Positions 49,676 to 59,454 of a stretch of DNA of 64,000 bases are shown here, piece by piece. The notes beneath the pieces were generated by a model, which made no database searches, was not told the DNA's origin, and was given only the letters and a program-made list of their open reading frames with translations. Origin of the DNA: Syntrophales bacterium (GTDB taxonomy: Bacteria > Desulfobacterota > Syntrophia > Syntrophales > PHBD01); assembly GCA_963668175.1 (NCBI GenBank), contig OY764159.1:1760001-1824000 (forward strand). Direction: 5' to 3'. A program made the translations under genes and the position numbers. Position 1 is the stretch's first letter, and each line of letters begins with the position of its first letter.

Positions 49676-50047
49676 GAAAAATGCGGCAGAGCAGACAGGA
49701 ACGGATCTTTTCGATCTGCCCGCGGGTCTCACGTTCTCCGGCATGTCGATCAGGAACCGCACGCAGTCAACTCGGATACCGCTCAGGGGATGTCTCGTCA
49801 TTCATGGATCGATGGGAGATTGAAATATGTATGGCCGATTCGGAAGCCGGTTCCAGCGGTCGTTCTTTCCGGAAGCCCATTGATCCAGCCCCTGCGGAGG
49901 CGACAGGCCGTCCGTACGGACTGAAAAGATGCATCGATGCCGGAGAGGCGGCGGCACGTGTCGCAGTAAATTCTATGGGCGAATCCGTCAAGGCGGATCG
50001 TCCAATGAACAAAGAAGATATGAGGCATGAAAGGAGGAATTCAGATT

Positions 50048-51706
50048 ATGCCCCGAATAATTTTTGATCAGTTGAAGATTAAGCAGAAAACGGGATTGGA
50101 TACCAGGAACGCGCTACTCTACCCCCATATGGATCTCGATTCTTGCGTCATGTCGTCTCCCGTTCTCAAAGAAGATGATGATGGGTCGCTCCTCCTGTTC
50201 GTCAAGGACATCGAACGCGGCAACTTCGATGAAAAGATGATCAAGGCGCGGGTCAGCTATTTCAAGCCCTATTTCACATTCGACGGCGTACCCGAACAAA
50301 CGCCGAACACATGGACGGAAGGACTTCAATCCGGGGGGGCAGGCGCCGCCATTGCCGTCGACGGCCAGATCCACATGTCGGCCTACCGGCCGTTGGCCGA
50401 AAAATTCAGGATAACGATAGAGGCAAATCCGCCCTGGTGGCGGGTATATCTTTACGAAATCCGTCCCGAGGATATCTTGTCCGCCTTCGGCGCATCGTAC
50501 GCCGCCGCCCAGAAAGACGCGGACAAAGTCGCATCCGGCCTGCAGCAGAAGGCGGATGTCCTCCGCCTGGTCGAGAGGGCTTACGTCGATGATCGCTTCC
50601 TTGCTCTGGACAAGACGATGGAGAAGATGGGCCTCGAGACGATCGTCGTTTCCTCCCCGATGAATCTTCAGGAAATGGCGGGGATTCCGTTCGCATATCT
50701 TGAAAGTTCCCCGTGCCTCGCTCTCTATCGGAAAGGCGGTCCCGTCTTCCTGTTGACCTCCGCACCACTGGCGCAGAACTTTCCGGTGTTGACGGGCGTG
50801 TTCCCCGATATCGAAGCGGCCGTGAAGACCCTTCCCGTGAAGTTGAATTCCACGGTCGGCATTGAAGAGAATCACCTGTCTTACGACTTTTACAAAGCCC
50901 TCGGATTAAGCGACAACGATCAGGCGATCAGCGCCGCACTGCGGGTATGGCGCGAGCAGAGAGCAGGATGGGAACTGCCGTACTATCTCCTGGCCGCCCG
51001 GATAACCGTTTACGGAATTGAAACCGCGCTGGAACGGGTGAAAAACGCCCTCAAGCAGGGGAAGTCCCTTCTTGAAACGGACGTCGAACAGTATCTCTAT
51101 GACGGTTACCAGGAATATGTCAAAGCCAGGGGGCTCGGCAGTATATCCGTCAAACCTTATTTCACCGTATTGCATGCCGGGAACCGCACGAGAAGACCCA
51201 ACCTGCCGCAGGCGTTTCCCGTCGATTCGGCGACGAAATCCCTGAAGATCGATTCCGGGGTATTGGTGATGGATGCAAGCGGACTGATCCGGGGCGTCTC
51301 GGATTTGTGCCGTACGCTTGCCCTGGATGAAGCCGCGGAGGAGATATACGCGTACTTCGATAAAACCATGATCGATACGACCATTCCCGCGTCCGTTCCG
51401 GGCAACGACGGCGACGTCGTCTATCGGAAGGGCGTCGGCACGCTGGCGGCCATGAAGGAGAAGCTGGTCGCTCGCAACCTCGTTCCCGACAAGGCCGTCC
51501 TTCCGGACGATTACCGCCGCAACATCGGCCATGTGCTCGGCAAGCAGGAACCGGCGACGATCAGTTTCGAAACGGGCAACCATGACGTCATCGAGGAAGG
51601 GATGGTCGGTTGCGTCGAATATCAATGGCCCTATTATCCCTATGCCATCGGCGTGGAAGACATGTTCTACATAGATCGTCAAAAGACGTTCAATATTACG
51701 AGATGA
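50048..51706 (+). CDS. M24 (Xaa-Pro peptidase/creatinase fold) metallohydrolase with N-terminal extension
   Basis: Metal-ligand motifs KIDSG, SDLCRT, IGHVLG, CVEY, GVED; creatinase-N-like segment; AAGGAGG RBS. Confidence 0.75.
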   Translation: MPRIIFDQLKIKQKTGLDTRNALLYPHMDLDSCVMSSPVLKEDDDGSLLLFVKDIERGNFDEKMIKARVSYFKPYFTFDGVPEQTPNTWTEGLQSGGAGAAIAVDGQIHMSAYRPLAEKFRITIEANPPWWRVYLYEIRPEDILSAFGASYAAAQKDADKVASGLQQKADVLRLVERAYVDDRFLALDKTMEKMGLETIVVSSPMNLQEMAGIPFAYLESSPCLALYRKGGPVFLLTSAPLAQNFPVLTGVFPDIEAAVKTLPVKLNSTVGIEENHLSYDFYKALGLSDNDQAISAALRVWREQRAGWELPYYLLAARITVYGIETALERVKNALKQGKSLLETDVEQYLYDGYQEYVKARGLGSISVKPYFTVLHAGNRTRRPNLPQAFPVDSATKSLKIDSGVLVMDASGLIRGVSDLCRTLALDEAAEEIYAYFDKTMIDTTIPASVPGNDGDVVYRKGVGTLAAMKEKLVARNLVPDKAVLPDDYRRNIGHVLGKQEPATISFETGNHDVIEEGMVGCVEYQWPYYPYAIGVEDMFYIDRQKTFNITR

Positions 51707-51758
51707 CGGCATCGGGATCGTGTTGTCAAACTGAAAAGGAAATGAGCGAAGGAGAAAA

Positions 51759-52886
51759 ATGGGAAGTCAAGTGAAATTATTACAGGGCAACCAGGCCATC
51801 GCGGAGGGCGCGTTTTACGCCGGGGCGCGGTTTTATGCCGGATACCCGATCACGCCTTCTTCGGAGATCGCCGAGGAGTGTTCGAGAAGAATGCCGAAGA
51901 TCGGCGGGATGTATATGCAAATGGAAGACGAGATCGCGAGCATAGCGGCCATCGTCGGTGCATCGCTCGCGGGCGCCAAGTCGTTCACGGCGACGAGCGG
52001 TCCGGGCTTCTCCCTGATGCAGGAGAACATGGGCCTGGCGGTCCTCACGGAAGTGCCCTGCGTCGTGGTGAACGTACAGCGTTCCGGGCCGAGCACGGGG
52101 CTGGCGACGAAACCGGCGCAGGCGGACGTGATGCAGATCCGCTGGGGCAGGCACGGGGACCAGAGCATGATCGCCCTCTGCCCCGCGTCTGTGAAGGAGT
52201 GCTTTTACTACACGGTGAAGGCCTTTAATTTTGCGGAGAAGTTCCGGGTGCCGGTCGTTCTCGCCTCCGACGAGGTCGTGGCCCACATGCGGGAGAACAT
52301 CGTGATCCCGGCGCCGGGCGAGGTCGAGGTTGTCGACAGGAAGAAGCCGTCCTGTCCGCCCGAAGCCTACAGGCCGTTCCTGCCCGATGAAGACGGCGTG
52401 GCGCCGCTGGCGGCCTATGGAAGCGACTACGTATTCCATGTGTCGAGTTCCATGCACGGGCCCGACGGCTACAGCAACAACGATCCCGGCAACGCTGCGC
52501 AGCGGATCGAGCAGCTGCACCGCAAAATCGAAAAACACCGGGACGAGATCGTCATCGTCAAGACCTTCGACGCCGAGGACGCCGACGTCCTCCTGATCGC
52601 TTTCGGGGTGACGACCCGCGCCAGCCGCGCGGCGGCGTTGGAACTGAGGAAGAGGAAAATCAAGGCCGGCGTCCTGCAGTTGGTGACCCTGTGGCCGTTT
52701 GCCGATGTCGAGGTGGCCGAGTTCGGCGGCCGGGCGAAAACGGTCGTCGTGACGGAAATGAATTACAGCGGCCAGGTGGCCGGCGAAGTACAGAAGGTCC
52801 TTGGGTCCGGGACGGATATCCGGAGGGTCAAAAGCTACAACGGCCGGATCATTACGCCTCAGGACATCATCAAGGCAGTCGTTTGA
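51759..52886 (+). CDS. korA: 2-oxoacid:acceptor oxidoreductase alpha subunit
   Basis: Motifs GYPITPS, QMEDE, TATSGPGFSLMQE, EMN. Confidence 0.93.
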   Translation: MGSQVKLLQGNQAIAEGAFYAGARFYAGYPITPSSEIAEECSRRMPKIGGMYMQMEDEIASIAAIVGASLAGAKSFTATSGPGFSLMQENMGLAVLTEVPCVVVNVQRSGPSTGLATKPAQADVMQIRWGRHGDQSMIALCPASVKECFYYTVKAFNFAEKFRVPVVLASDEVVAHMRENIVIPAPGEVEVVDRKKPSCPPEAYRPFLPDEDGVAPLAAYGSDYVFHVSSSMHGPDGYSNNDPGNAAQRIEQLHRKIEKHRDEIVIVKTFDAEDADVLLIAFGVTTRASRAAALELRKRKIKAGVLQLVTLWPFADVEVAEFGGRAKTVVVTEMNYSGQVAGEVQKVLGSGTDIRRVKSYNGRIITPQDIIKAVV

Positions 52887-52920
52887 ATATGGAACGAAAA
52901 GATTCAAAAAGGGGGTTTAA

Positions 52921-53745
52921 GTGTCTCACGCAACAGGCATGAAATATATCAAGGACGGTGTCTTGCCGCACATGTGGTGTCCGGGATGCGGCATAGGCGT
53001 GACCATGGGCGCTTTGCTGCGTTCCTTCGAGGAACTGGGCTACGAGCGCAACGATACGGTCGTGGTGACGGGAATCGGCTGCACCGGCAAGCTGGACGAT
53101 TACCTGCTGACAAACGCGCTGCATACGACGCACGGGCGCGCCCTGGCTTTCGCCACCGGGATCAAGGCCTACAGGCCTGAGCTGCACGTCATCGTCCTGA
53201 TGGGGGACGGGGACAGCGTTACCATCGGCGGCAACCACTTCATCCACACCGCCCGAAGGAACATGGATCTGACGGCGATCGTCGTCAACAATTTCAATTT
53301 CGGGATGACGGGCGGCCAGTATTCCGGGACGACGCCGACGGGCGCATCGACCCAGACCAGCGCCTACGGCAACCCCGAAAGGGAGATGGATATCTGCTCG
53401 TTGGCGGAGGTCGCCGGAGCGAACTACGTGGCCCGCGGAACGCCTTACCACGTGTGGGAACTCAAGGAAAGCATCAAGGAAGCCCTGAACAAAAAGGGCT
53501 TCTCCGTCGTGGAGGTCGTCAGTCCCTGCCCGACGAACTACGGGCGCCAGAACAACATGAAGAAGGCGGTCGATATGCTCCACCGGCTGAAGGAGAAGGG
53601 CGTTCCCGTGGAGGAGTTCCGGCGCCGGAAAAGCGCCCGGAGCGACGGCCGCTTTGCGGTGGGCAAGCTGGTGGACAGGGACGAACCCGATTTCAACGCA
53701 CGTTACAGGGAAATCACGGCCAGGGCGACCGCAGGCCGGGGCTGA
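52921..53745 (+). CDS. korB: 2-oxoacid:acceptor oxidoreductase beta subunit
   Basis: Motifs WCPGCG, GIGC, HGRA, GDGD, GMTGGQ, SPCPT. Confidence 0.92.
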   Translation: MSHATGMKYIKDGVLPHMWCPGCGIGVTMGALLRSFEELGYERNDTVVVTGIGCTGKLDDYLLTNALHTTHGRALAFATGIKAYRPELHVIVLMGDGDSVTIGGNHFIHTARRNMDLTAIVVNNFNFGMTGGQYSGTTPTGASTQTSAYGNPEREMDICSLAEVAGANYVARGTPYHVWELKESIKEALNKKGFSVVEVVSPCPTNYGRQNNMKKAVDMLHRLKEKGVPVEEFRRRKSARSDGRFAVGKLVDRDEPDFNARYREITARATAGRG

Positions 53746-53760
53746 GGAAGGTGATAGCGA

Positions 53761-54291
53761 ATGAAGAAAGACAGGTATGAAGTGATTATGGCCGGCTCCG
53801 GAGGCCAGGGCTTGGTTCTGTCCGGCATCATGCTGGCGGAAGCGGCCATCCTGGAGGGCAGAAACGTCGTACAGACCGTTTCGTACGGTATCGCGTCGAG
53901 GGGCGGTTTCTCCATGGCCGAAGTGATCATCGACCAGGAGGAGATCGTCTTCCAGCAGGTCCAGAATGCCGACATCGTACTGACCCTGACGGAGGACGCG
54001 ATGGAGAGATTCCTGCCCCTGTCGGAGCGCGGGGCGGCGATATTCTACGATTCGGTCCTGCTGAGGGCGCGTGAGGGTAAGCATTTCTACGGCCGGCCCT
54101 TCACGGAAATGGCCGACAGGATGGGGAACGTGGGCATGTCGAACATCATCGCCCTGGGGTACATGGCGCAGATGAAGGGCATGATTCTTCCGGAGAGTCT
54201 CGCGGAAGTCATCAAGAACCGTTTTTCCGGAAAAGTGAGGGATGCGAACCTAGCCGCGTTGCAGGCGGGAATCGTTCTCGCGAACGGATGA
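53761..54291 (+). CDS. korC: 2-oxoacid:acceptor oxidoreductase gamma subunit
   Basis: Motifs AGSGGQG, SYGIASRGG, SNIIALG. Confidence 0.9.
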   Translation: MKKDRYEVIMAGSGGQGLVLSGIMLAEAAILEGRNVVQTVSYGIASRGGFSMAEVIIDQEEIVFQQVQNADIVLTLTEDAMERFLPLSERGAAIFYDSVLLRAREGKHFYGRPFTEMADRMGNVGMSNIIALGYMAQMKGMILPESLAEVIKNRFSGKVRDANLAALQAGIVLANG

Positions 54292-54379
54292 TAAGAATAA
54301 TATCCAGCTCCCCCTGCCTGCCGCTTTCCGATACGGCGGGCGGAGAGAATGAGCGTCATAGAGTTTGAAAGGAGTCATG

Positions 54380-56002
54380 ATGGGAGTTCCCGATAATGAA
54401 CAGATAAAAATTGCTCCGTGCAGAGAGGCATGTCCGGCGGGCATCGATGTACCGCGCTATATCAGGTACATCAGGAACGGGGATTTCGACGAAGCGCTTG
54501 CGGTCATACGCGAAAGAATCCCATTTGCCGCCGTATGCGGGTATGCGTGCGCCCATCCCTGCGAGTCCCGGTGTGCGCGCATCCAGTACGATGAGGCCGT
54601 CGCCATCAGAAGGCTGAAGCGGGCAGCCGCAACCTACAGCCACCGGTCGCCCAAGAGCGAAGAGACGGCGAAATCGACTTCGAAAAAGGTGGCCGTTATC
54701 GGTTCGGGACCGTGCGGTCTGACGGCGGCTTACTACCTGGCCGAACTGGGGCATAGCGTTGCGATTTTCGAAAAGCTTCCCAAGGCGGGAGGGATGTTGC
54801 GTTACGGTATCCCGGAATACCGTTTGCCCAAGGACATTGTCGATCGTGAAATTGCCTTTATCAAATCCCGGGGTGTCGGCATTGTAACCGGCACGAAAGT
54901 CGATTCAGCCGCGAAACTGCTGTCGGAAGGCTTCGATGCCGTGCTGGCTGCATCCGGCGCCTGGAAAGCCCAGAAGATGGGTATCGAGGGAGAGGGGCTC
55001 CCCACGGTCGTCGACGGCGTCAAGTTTCTTGCGGAATACAATTCGGGCGTTCGCCGTCCCGTCGGCAAAAGGGTGGTCGTCGTCGGAGGCGGCAATACGG
55101 CTGTGGATGCCTCCCTGGCGAGCGTCCGCATGGGTGCGAAGGTCGTGCTCGTTTATCGGAGAAGCCGCGAGGATATGCCGGCCCTGCCGGAGGAGATCGC
55201 CCAGGCCGAAGAGGAAGGCGTGCGCATCCAATGTATGGCCGTGCCCGTACAGATCACGAAAAGCAGGATCGTCTGCATCAGGACGGCCCCCGGTCCCGTC
55301 GACGGCAGCGGAAGGCCCAGACCCGTTCCCGTCGAAGGCAGCGAGTTCGCCTTGTCCTGCAATGCGGTTGTTATGGCCGTCGGCCAGTCGGCCGACGCCG
55401 GCGCGCTGGGGCTTGCCGGAAACGGCGACGGAACGATTGCCGCCGGTGCCGATACGGCCACGCAGAACAAAGGGATATTCGCCGCCGGCGATGCGGCCAC
55501 CGGTCCGATGACGATCATCAACGCCATTGCCCAGGGGCGCCTGGCTTGTGCCGCGATCGACCGCTTTCTCGGCGGTAAAGGCCGGATCGGCCGGGATGCT
55601 TCGCCGGGCGCGGTCCCGGAACCGTCGGAACCGGAGCCCATGGGCACGTGCCGCGTGGAGCCGGGAAGGATCCCCCTCAGTGCCAGATTTCAGGGAGTCG
55701 GTCCCGTGGAGTACAGTTACAGCGAAAAGGAGGCCGTGGAGGAAGCCGGGAGGTGCCTGTCGTGCGATGTCCGCCGCTACGAGGTGGAGATCGATCCGGT
55801 TATCTGCAAGGCGTGCGGTTACTGCCGAGAGATGTGCCATATGGACATCTTCGGTGTTTCGGACACATTCAACGCCGGCGGCTACAAGCCGTCCGTCGTG
55901 AAACGCTCGGACCGTTGCGTGGGATGCCTGAAGTGCCTCTACGTCTGTCCGGATTTTGCGATCAAGATCAACGACGGCTGCGGCGGCGCCGCGGCCGTAT
56001 AG
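54380..56002 (+). CDS. GltD-like FAD/NAD(P)-dependent Fe-S oxidoreductase fused to a C-terminal KorD-like 2x[4Fe-4S] domain
   Basis: Motifs APCREACP, VCGYACAHPCESRC, GSGPCG, YGIPEYRLP, GGGNTAVD, EAGRCLSC, then CKACGYCREMC and CVGCLKCLYVCPDFAI. Confidence 0.88.
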   Translation: MGVPDNEQIKIAPCREACPAGIDVPRYIRYIRNGDFDEALAVIRERIPFAAVCGYACAHPCESRCARIQYDEAVAIRRLKRAAATYSHRSPKSEETAKSTSKKVAVIGSGPCGLTAAYYLAELGHSVAIFEKLPKAGGMLRYGIPEYRLPKDIVDREIAFIKSRGVGIVTGTKVDSAAKLLSEGFDAVLAASGAWKAQKMGIEGEGLPTVVDGVKFLAEYNSGVRRPVGKRVVVVGGGNTAVDASLASVRMGAKVVLVYRRSREDMPALPEEIAQAEEEGVRIQCMAVPVQITKSRIVCIRTAPGPVDGSGRPRPVPVEGSEFALSCNAVVMAVGQSADAGALGLAGNGDGTIAAGADTATQNKGIFAAGDAATGPMTIINAIAQGRLACAAIDRFLGGKGRIGRDASPGAVPEPSEPEPMGTCRVEPGRIPLSARFQGVGPVEYSYSEKEAVEEAGRCLSCDVRRYEVEIDPVICKACGYCREMCHMDIFGVSDTFNAGGYKPSVVKRSDRCVGCLKCLYVCPDFAIKINDGCGGAAAV

Positions 56003-56266
56003 GGCCGAACGGACCGGCGCAGGAGGGAGGCCCGGAATCCCGCATCCCGCGCCGGGAGAGGTTTCGTTGCAGGAGGGGGCCGCAGCGTTTGCCAAAGGCA
56101 GGAACATAAGGCGGCTTCCAAAGACCGTTTTTTACGGGGATCGGAGGACCATCCTTCATATATACACCGTGCTTTTAACCCGGATTGGCGATCCGGAGCC
56201 AAAGAAACCGAGGGGGATGCCTCGTCACGCTGAAGAGCCTACAGGGAAATGAAAGGGGTTGATTTT

Positions 56267-56482
56267 ATGGGTGTTGAATTACTGTCCCCCGCTCCGGGGA
56301 AAATACTGAAGATACACGTGAATCGGGGTGATCTGGTCACCGAGGACACGGCCGTGATCCGCCTGGAAGCGATGAAGATGGAAAACGAGATATTCGCTCC
56401 CGCCGGCGGCACGGTAACTGAAATCAGGGTGCGGGAAGGCGACGAAGTCGAAACGGACGACGTCATGGCGGTGATTAATTGA
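56267..56482 (+). CDS. Biotin carboxyl carrier protein (stand-alone biotinyl domain)
   Basis: Motifs SPAPGKI and LEAMKMENEI. Start at 56249 or 56267. Confidence 0.9.
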   Translation: MGVELLSPAPGKILKIHVNRGDLVTEDTAVIRLEAMKMENEIFAPAGGTVTEIRVREGDEVETDDVMAVIN

Positions 56483-56553
56483 CGATCGTCTCCATATAAC
56501 GGGGAGGACCGCCGCTTCCGTCGTCCGGTACGACCGGGCAAGGACGAGTTGAC

Positions 56554-56587
56554 GGCCGGGCGCTTCGGACGCTTTAAGCGCCCGGCC
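56554..56587. repeat. Intergenic 12-bp inverted repeat
   Basis: GGCCGGGCGCTT ... AAGCGCCCGGCC. Confidence 0.65.
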
Positions 56588-56611
56588 TTATTATGCAGGA
56601 GGATGTGCGTC

Positions 56612-56773
56612 ATGACTGTTCCAGACAGCCTTCAGGGGGCCTTGGTGTTGAGCTTCGTCGATTTGGCCCTGAGTTTCATTCTGATCGGGGGCATAGGTGT
56701 GATTCTGTCCCTTTTCCCCTATATCAACAAGTTGGGCACGATCGACGAACGCAAACTCGGCGATGGTCATTAA
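56612..56773 (+). CDS. Small membrane protein, probable OadG/GcdD-like anchor subunit
   Basis: AGGAGG RBS; one hydrophobic helix; lies between the biotin carrier and the decarboxylase beta subunit. Confidence 0.65.
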   Translation: MTVPDSLQGALVLSFVDLALSFILIGGIGVILSLFPYINKLGTIDERKLGDGH

Positions 56774-56814
56774 AAATAATAAACGGAATAAAATGAGAAA
56801 CCCGAGGAATCCGA

Positions 56815-57945
56815 ATGGCCGAACAATTCGTTTCCCTTCTTGACGCCCTGAAAAACCAGACCGGCCTCGTCCATTTCTGGTGGGGCAACATGATCATGAT
56901 CGCCGTCGGCGTGCTCATGATCTATCTGGCGATAGCAAAGAAGTACGAGCCCTTTCTGCTCATCGGTATAGGGTTCGCCTGCATCGTGGCCAATGTGCCC
57001 GGCTCCGATCTGATCCTGCCGGGCGGTCTTTTCAATTATGCTTACCGCGGCGTCGCGCTGCTCATCATTCCACCCCTTATCTTCCTGGGGGTGGGCGCCA
57101 TGACGGACTTCGGGCCGATGATCGCCAATCCTTCGCTGGTCATTCTGGGTGTGGCGGCCCACCTGGGCATCTTCATCGCCCTCATCGGGGCGAAAATGAT
57201 AGGTTTCACGATCCATGAGGCCGGAGCGATTGGCATCATAGGCGGTGCCGACGGTCCGATGGCGATTTTTGTAACGATGAAACTCGCTCCTCACCTGCTT
57301 CCCCAGGTTTCCGTTGCGGCCTATTCCTACATGGCATTGATGCCGCTGATCCAGCCGCCGGTCATGAAGCTGCTTACAACCAAGAAAGAACGCGAGATTG
57401 TGATGAAGGCGCAACGGAAGGTGAGCCGATTGGAGAAAATCGCATTTCCCATTGTCATTGCCGTCATCGTGAATCTCTTTTTGCCTCCGGTGGCGCCGCT
57501 GATCACGATGCTGATGCTCGGAAACCTCTTTCGGGAATGTGTGCTCGTCAACCGGCTGGCGAAGACGGCGGCCAACGACCTGATGAATGTCATCACCATG
57601 ATGCTGACGGTGGCCATCGGCTCGACGATGGTGGCCGACCAGTTCCTGACGCTCAAAACGCTGATGATCATAGCCCTCGGACTGGTCGCATTCGTGACCG
57701 GTACGGCCTCGGGGGTCTTGGCCGCCCGGGTGATGAACTGGGTGAGCAAGGGGAAGATCAATCCGCTTGTGGGCTCCGCGGGGATCGCCTCGGTGCCGAT
57801 TGCGGCCCGCGTGTCCCATGTTGTGGCGTTAAAAGACAATCCGAGGAATTTTCTTGTGATGCATGCCATGGGCCCGAATCTGGCGGGTGTTTTCGGGACC
57901 GCCATCTCCGGCGGGATCATGTTGGCCCTGCTGGGGGCGGTATAG
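56815..57945 (+). CDS. Sodium-translocating decarboxylase beta subunit (OadB/GcdB/MmdB family)
   Basis: Motifs YEPFLL, GAMTDFGP, GIIGGADGP, AAYSYMAL, HAMGPN. Confidence 0.95.
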   Translation: MAEQFVSLLDALKNQTGLVHFWWGNMIMIAVGVLMIYLAIAKKYEPFLLIGIGFACIVANVPGSDLILPGGLFNYAYRGVALLIIPPLIFLGVGAMTDFGPMIANPSLVILGVAAHLGIFIALIGAKMIGFTIHEAGAIGIIGGADGPMAIFVTMKLAPHLLPQVSVAAYSYMALMPLIQPPVMKLLTTKKEREIVMKAQRKVSRLEKIAFPIVIAVIVNLFLPPVAPLITMLMLGNLFRECVLVNRLAKTAANDLMNVITMMLTVAIGSTMVADQFLTLKTLMIIALGLVAFVTGTASGVLAARVMNWVSKGKINPLVGSAGIASVPIAARVSHVVALKDNPRNFLVMHAMGPNLAGVFGTAISGGIMLALLGAV

Positions 57946-58374
57946 TCGCGTATCCGTCGGCCGCGATCGTTCATCGGCACGGCTTTATCCCGGTTTGCGT
58001 GAAAAGATCGCCTCATAAATTCCTGTATCGTGACGACAACGCCATGTGTTTGAGAAATGCATGCGGGCTACTTTATCGTTAACCCTATTTTTCGAGCCGG
58101 CGTTCGGTCCGGCGCATTGTTTCTTGCCCAGACTCCTTATCCGTTTCCCGGCAACATTTACGATGGGCGGCTCAAAAGCCTCTTGGCGCCGGATATTCCC
58201 TCGTTCATATGTACCTTCCGCATTGCACTCTGCGGCATAGACGATCGGCTTGCGGCGGGATTCGTCGATAAGTGAGCGAACGACCCCGTCTTATCCGCCT
58301 TGCGGATCGCCGGCCGGGAGCCCCGGGGGCCGCTGCGGTATTTATATGGAATGCTCGCGGACAAACGTGTCAAG

Positions 58375-58390
58375 TGGCATATTAATTGCG
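58375..58390 (+). promoter_or_regulatory. sigma54 -24/-12 promoter
   Basis: TGGCATATTAATTGCG. Confidence 0.82.
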
Positions 58391-58391
58391 A

Positions 58392-58435
58392 ATAGTTGAA
58401 TTATAGTTGAATCACAGGTGAATCATAGTTGAGTC
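58392..58435 (+). repeat. Four tandem 11-bp direct repeats
   Basis: ATAGTTGAATT / ATAGTTGAATC / ACAGGTGAATC / ATAGTTGAGTC. Confidence 0.85.
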
Positions 58436-58646
58436 GTTGAAGTCATGGGAATACAGGGGATTATGCCGGCCTGTGTGCCTTGCGGTTCGGGACGAGCCGA
58501 TTTCAAAGCGGCGGCTGTCCCTCTTGTATGAGCAAGATTGATGGCGTCGTATGGCGGACCCATGAAATGCCGGAACCCCCATGAGACGGATTTCCATAAT
58601 CCCCGACCGGGGATACGATATAGAATCAGAGAAAGGATGAAGACCT

Positions 58647-59078
58647 ATGATTGGCAAAACCATTGAACAGCTCAAACTGGGCGATTCGGCCGAGTTCTCG
58701 AAAACCGTTTCGGAGGCCGATATTTATCTCTATGCAGGCGTGACCGGCGATTTCAATCCGGCGCATATTAATGAAGTTTATGCCGGGAAGACTTTCTTCA
58801 AAAGTCGGATCGCCCACGGCATGCTCTCCGGCGGTTTCATTTCCGCGGTTATTGCAAATCAGCTGCCGGGACCGGGAACCATCTATATGCGCCAGGAGCT
58901 GAATTTTCTCGCCCCTGTCCGCATCGGCGATACGATCACGGCGAAGGTCGAAATTATCGACATAAACGCGGGAAAAAACAGAATTCGTCTTAAAACGACC
59001 TGCGTCATTCAGGATGGTACGCTCGTCGTAGACGGCGAAGCGCTGGTCAGCCCGCCGAAGCCGCCGAAGAAACCGTAA
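58647..59078 (+). CDS. MaoC-family (R)-specific enoyl-CoA hydratase
   Basis: Hydratase motif GDFNPAH; also RIAHGML, PGPG, FLAPVRIGD. Confidence 0.93.
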   Translation: MIGKTIEQLKLGDSAEFSKTVSEADIYLYAGVTGDFNPAHINEVYAGKTFFKSRIAHGMLSGGFISAVIANQLPGPGTIYMRQELNFLAPVRIGDTITAKVEIIDINAGKNRIRLKTTCVIQDGTLVVDGEALVSPPKPPKKP

Positions 59079-59454
59079 ACGGGCAACCTGTTCCGCAGGA
59101 GCTGATCCGGCAAATCGGGGTGTTTTACGGCATTGCCTCCCCGGATTCGCGATTCATGCCCGGTGAACCGGTTTGCTCCGCGGGGGGGGCGCCCGGGACA
59201 GGATCGAAGCGTGGAGGGCGGATCGCATGGAGCGCCGTTCCCACAGTCCCCTGAACGACCCATCGCCCGGAGATTACGGCGGATCTTGGCTTTTTCAGGT
59301 GAACGGGCCATGCCTGCGGTTTGTGCGGTTTTGGATAACTCCCGGGAGCTGAAAAAGAGACCCTGTGTCTGTAATTGTTGCGGATAGGCCCTTCACAAGG
59401 AGGAAACCCGGACATCGAGGATGGGCGCGCCCGACAGCGGCCGTTTTAATGCGC

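Noticed and set aside
49681..50067. 128-aa ORF between livF-like and M24 genes
   Set aside because: No recognisable motif, atypical composition, and it overlaps the M24 start region.
58392..58435. CRISPR array
   Set aside because: Repeats are 11 bp and contiguous, with no spacers and no cas genes in the window.
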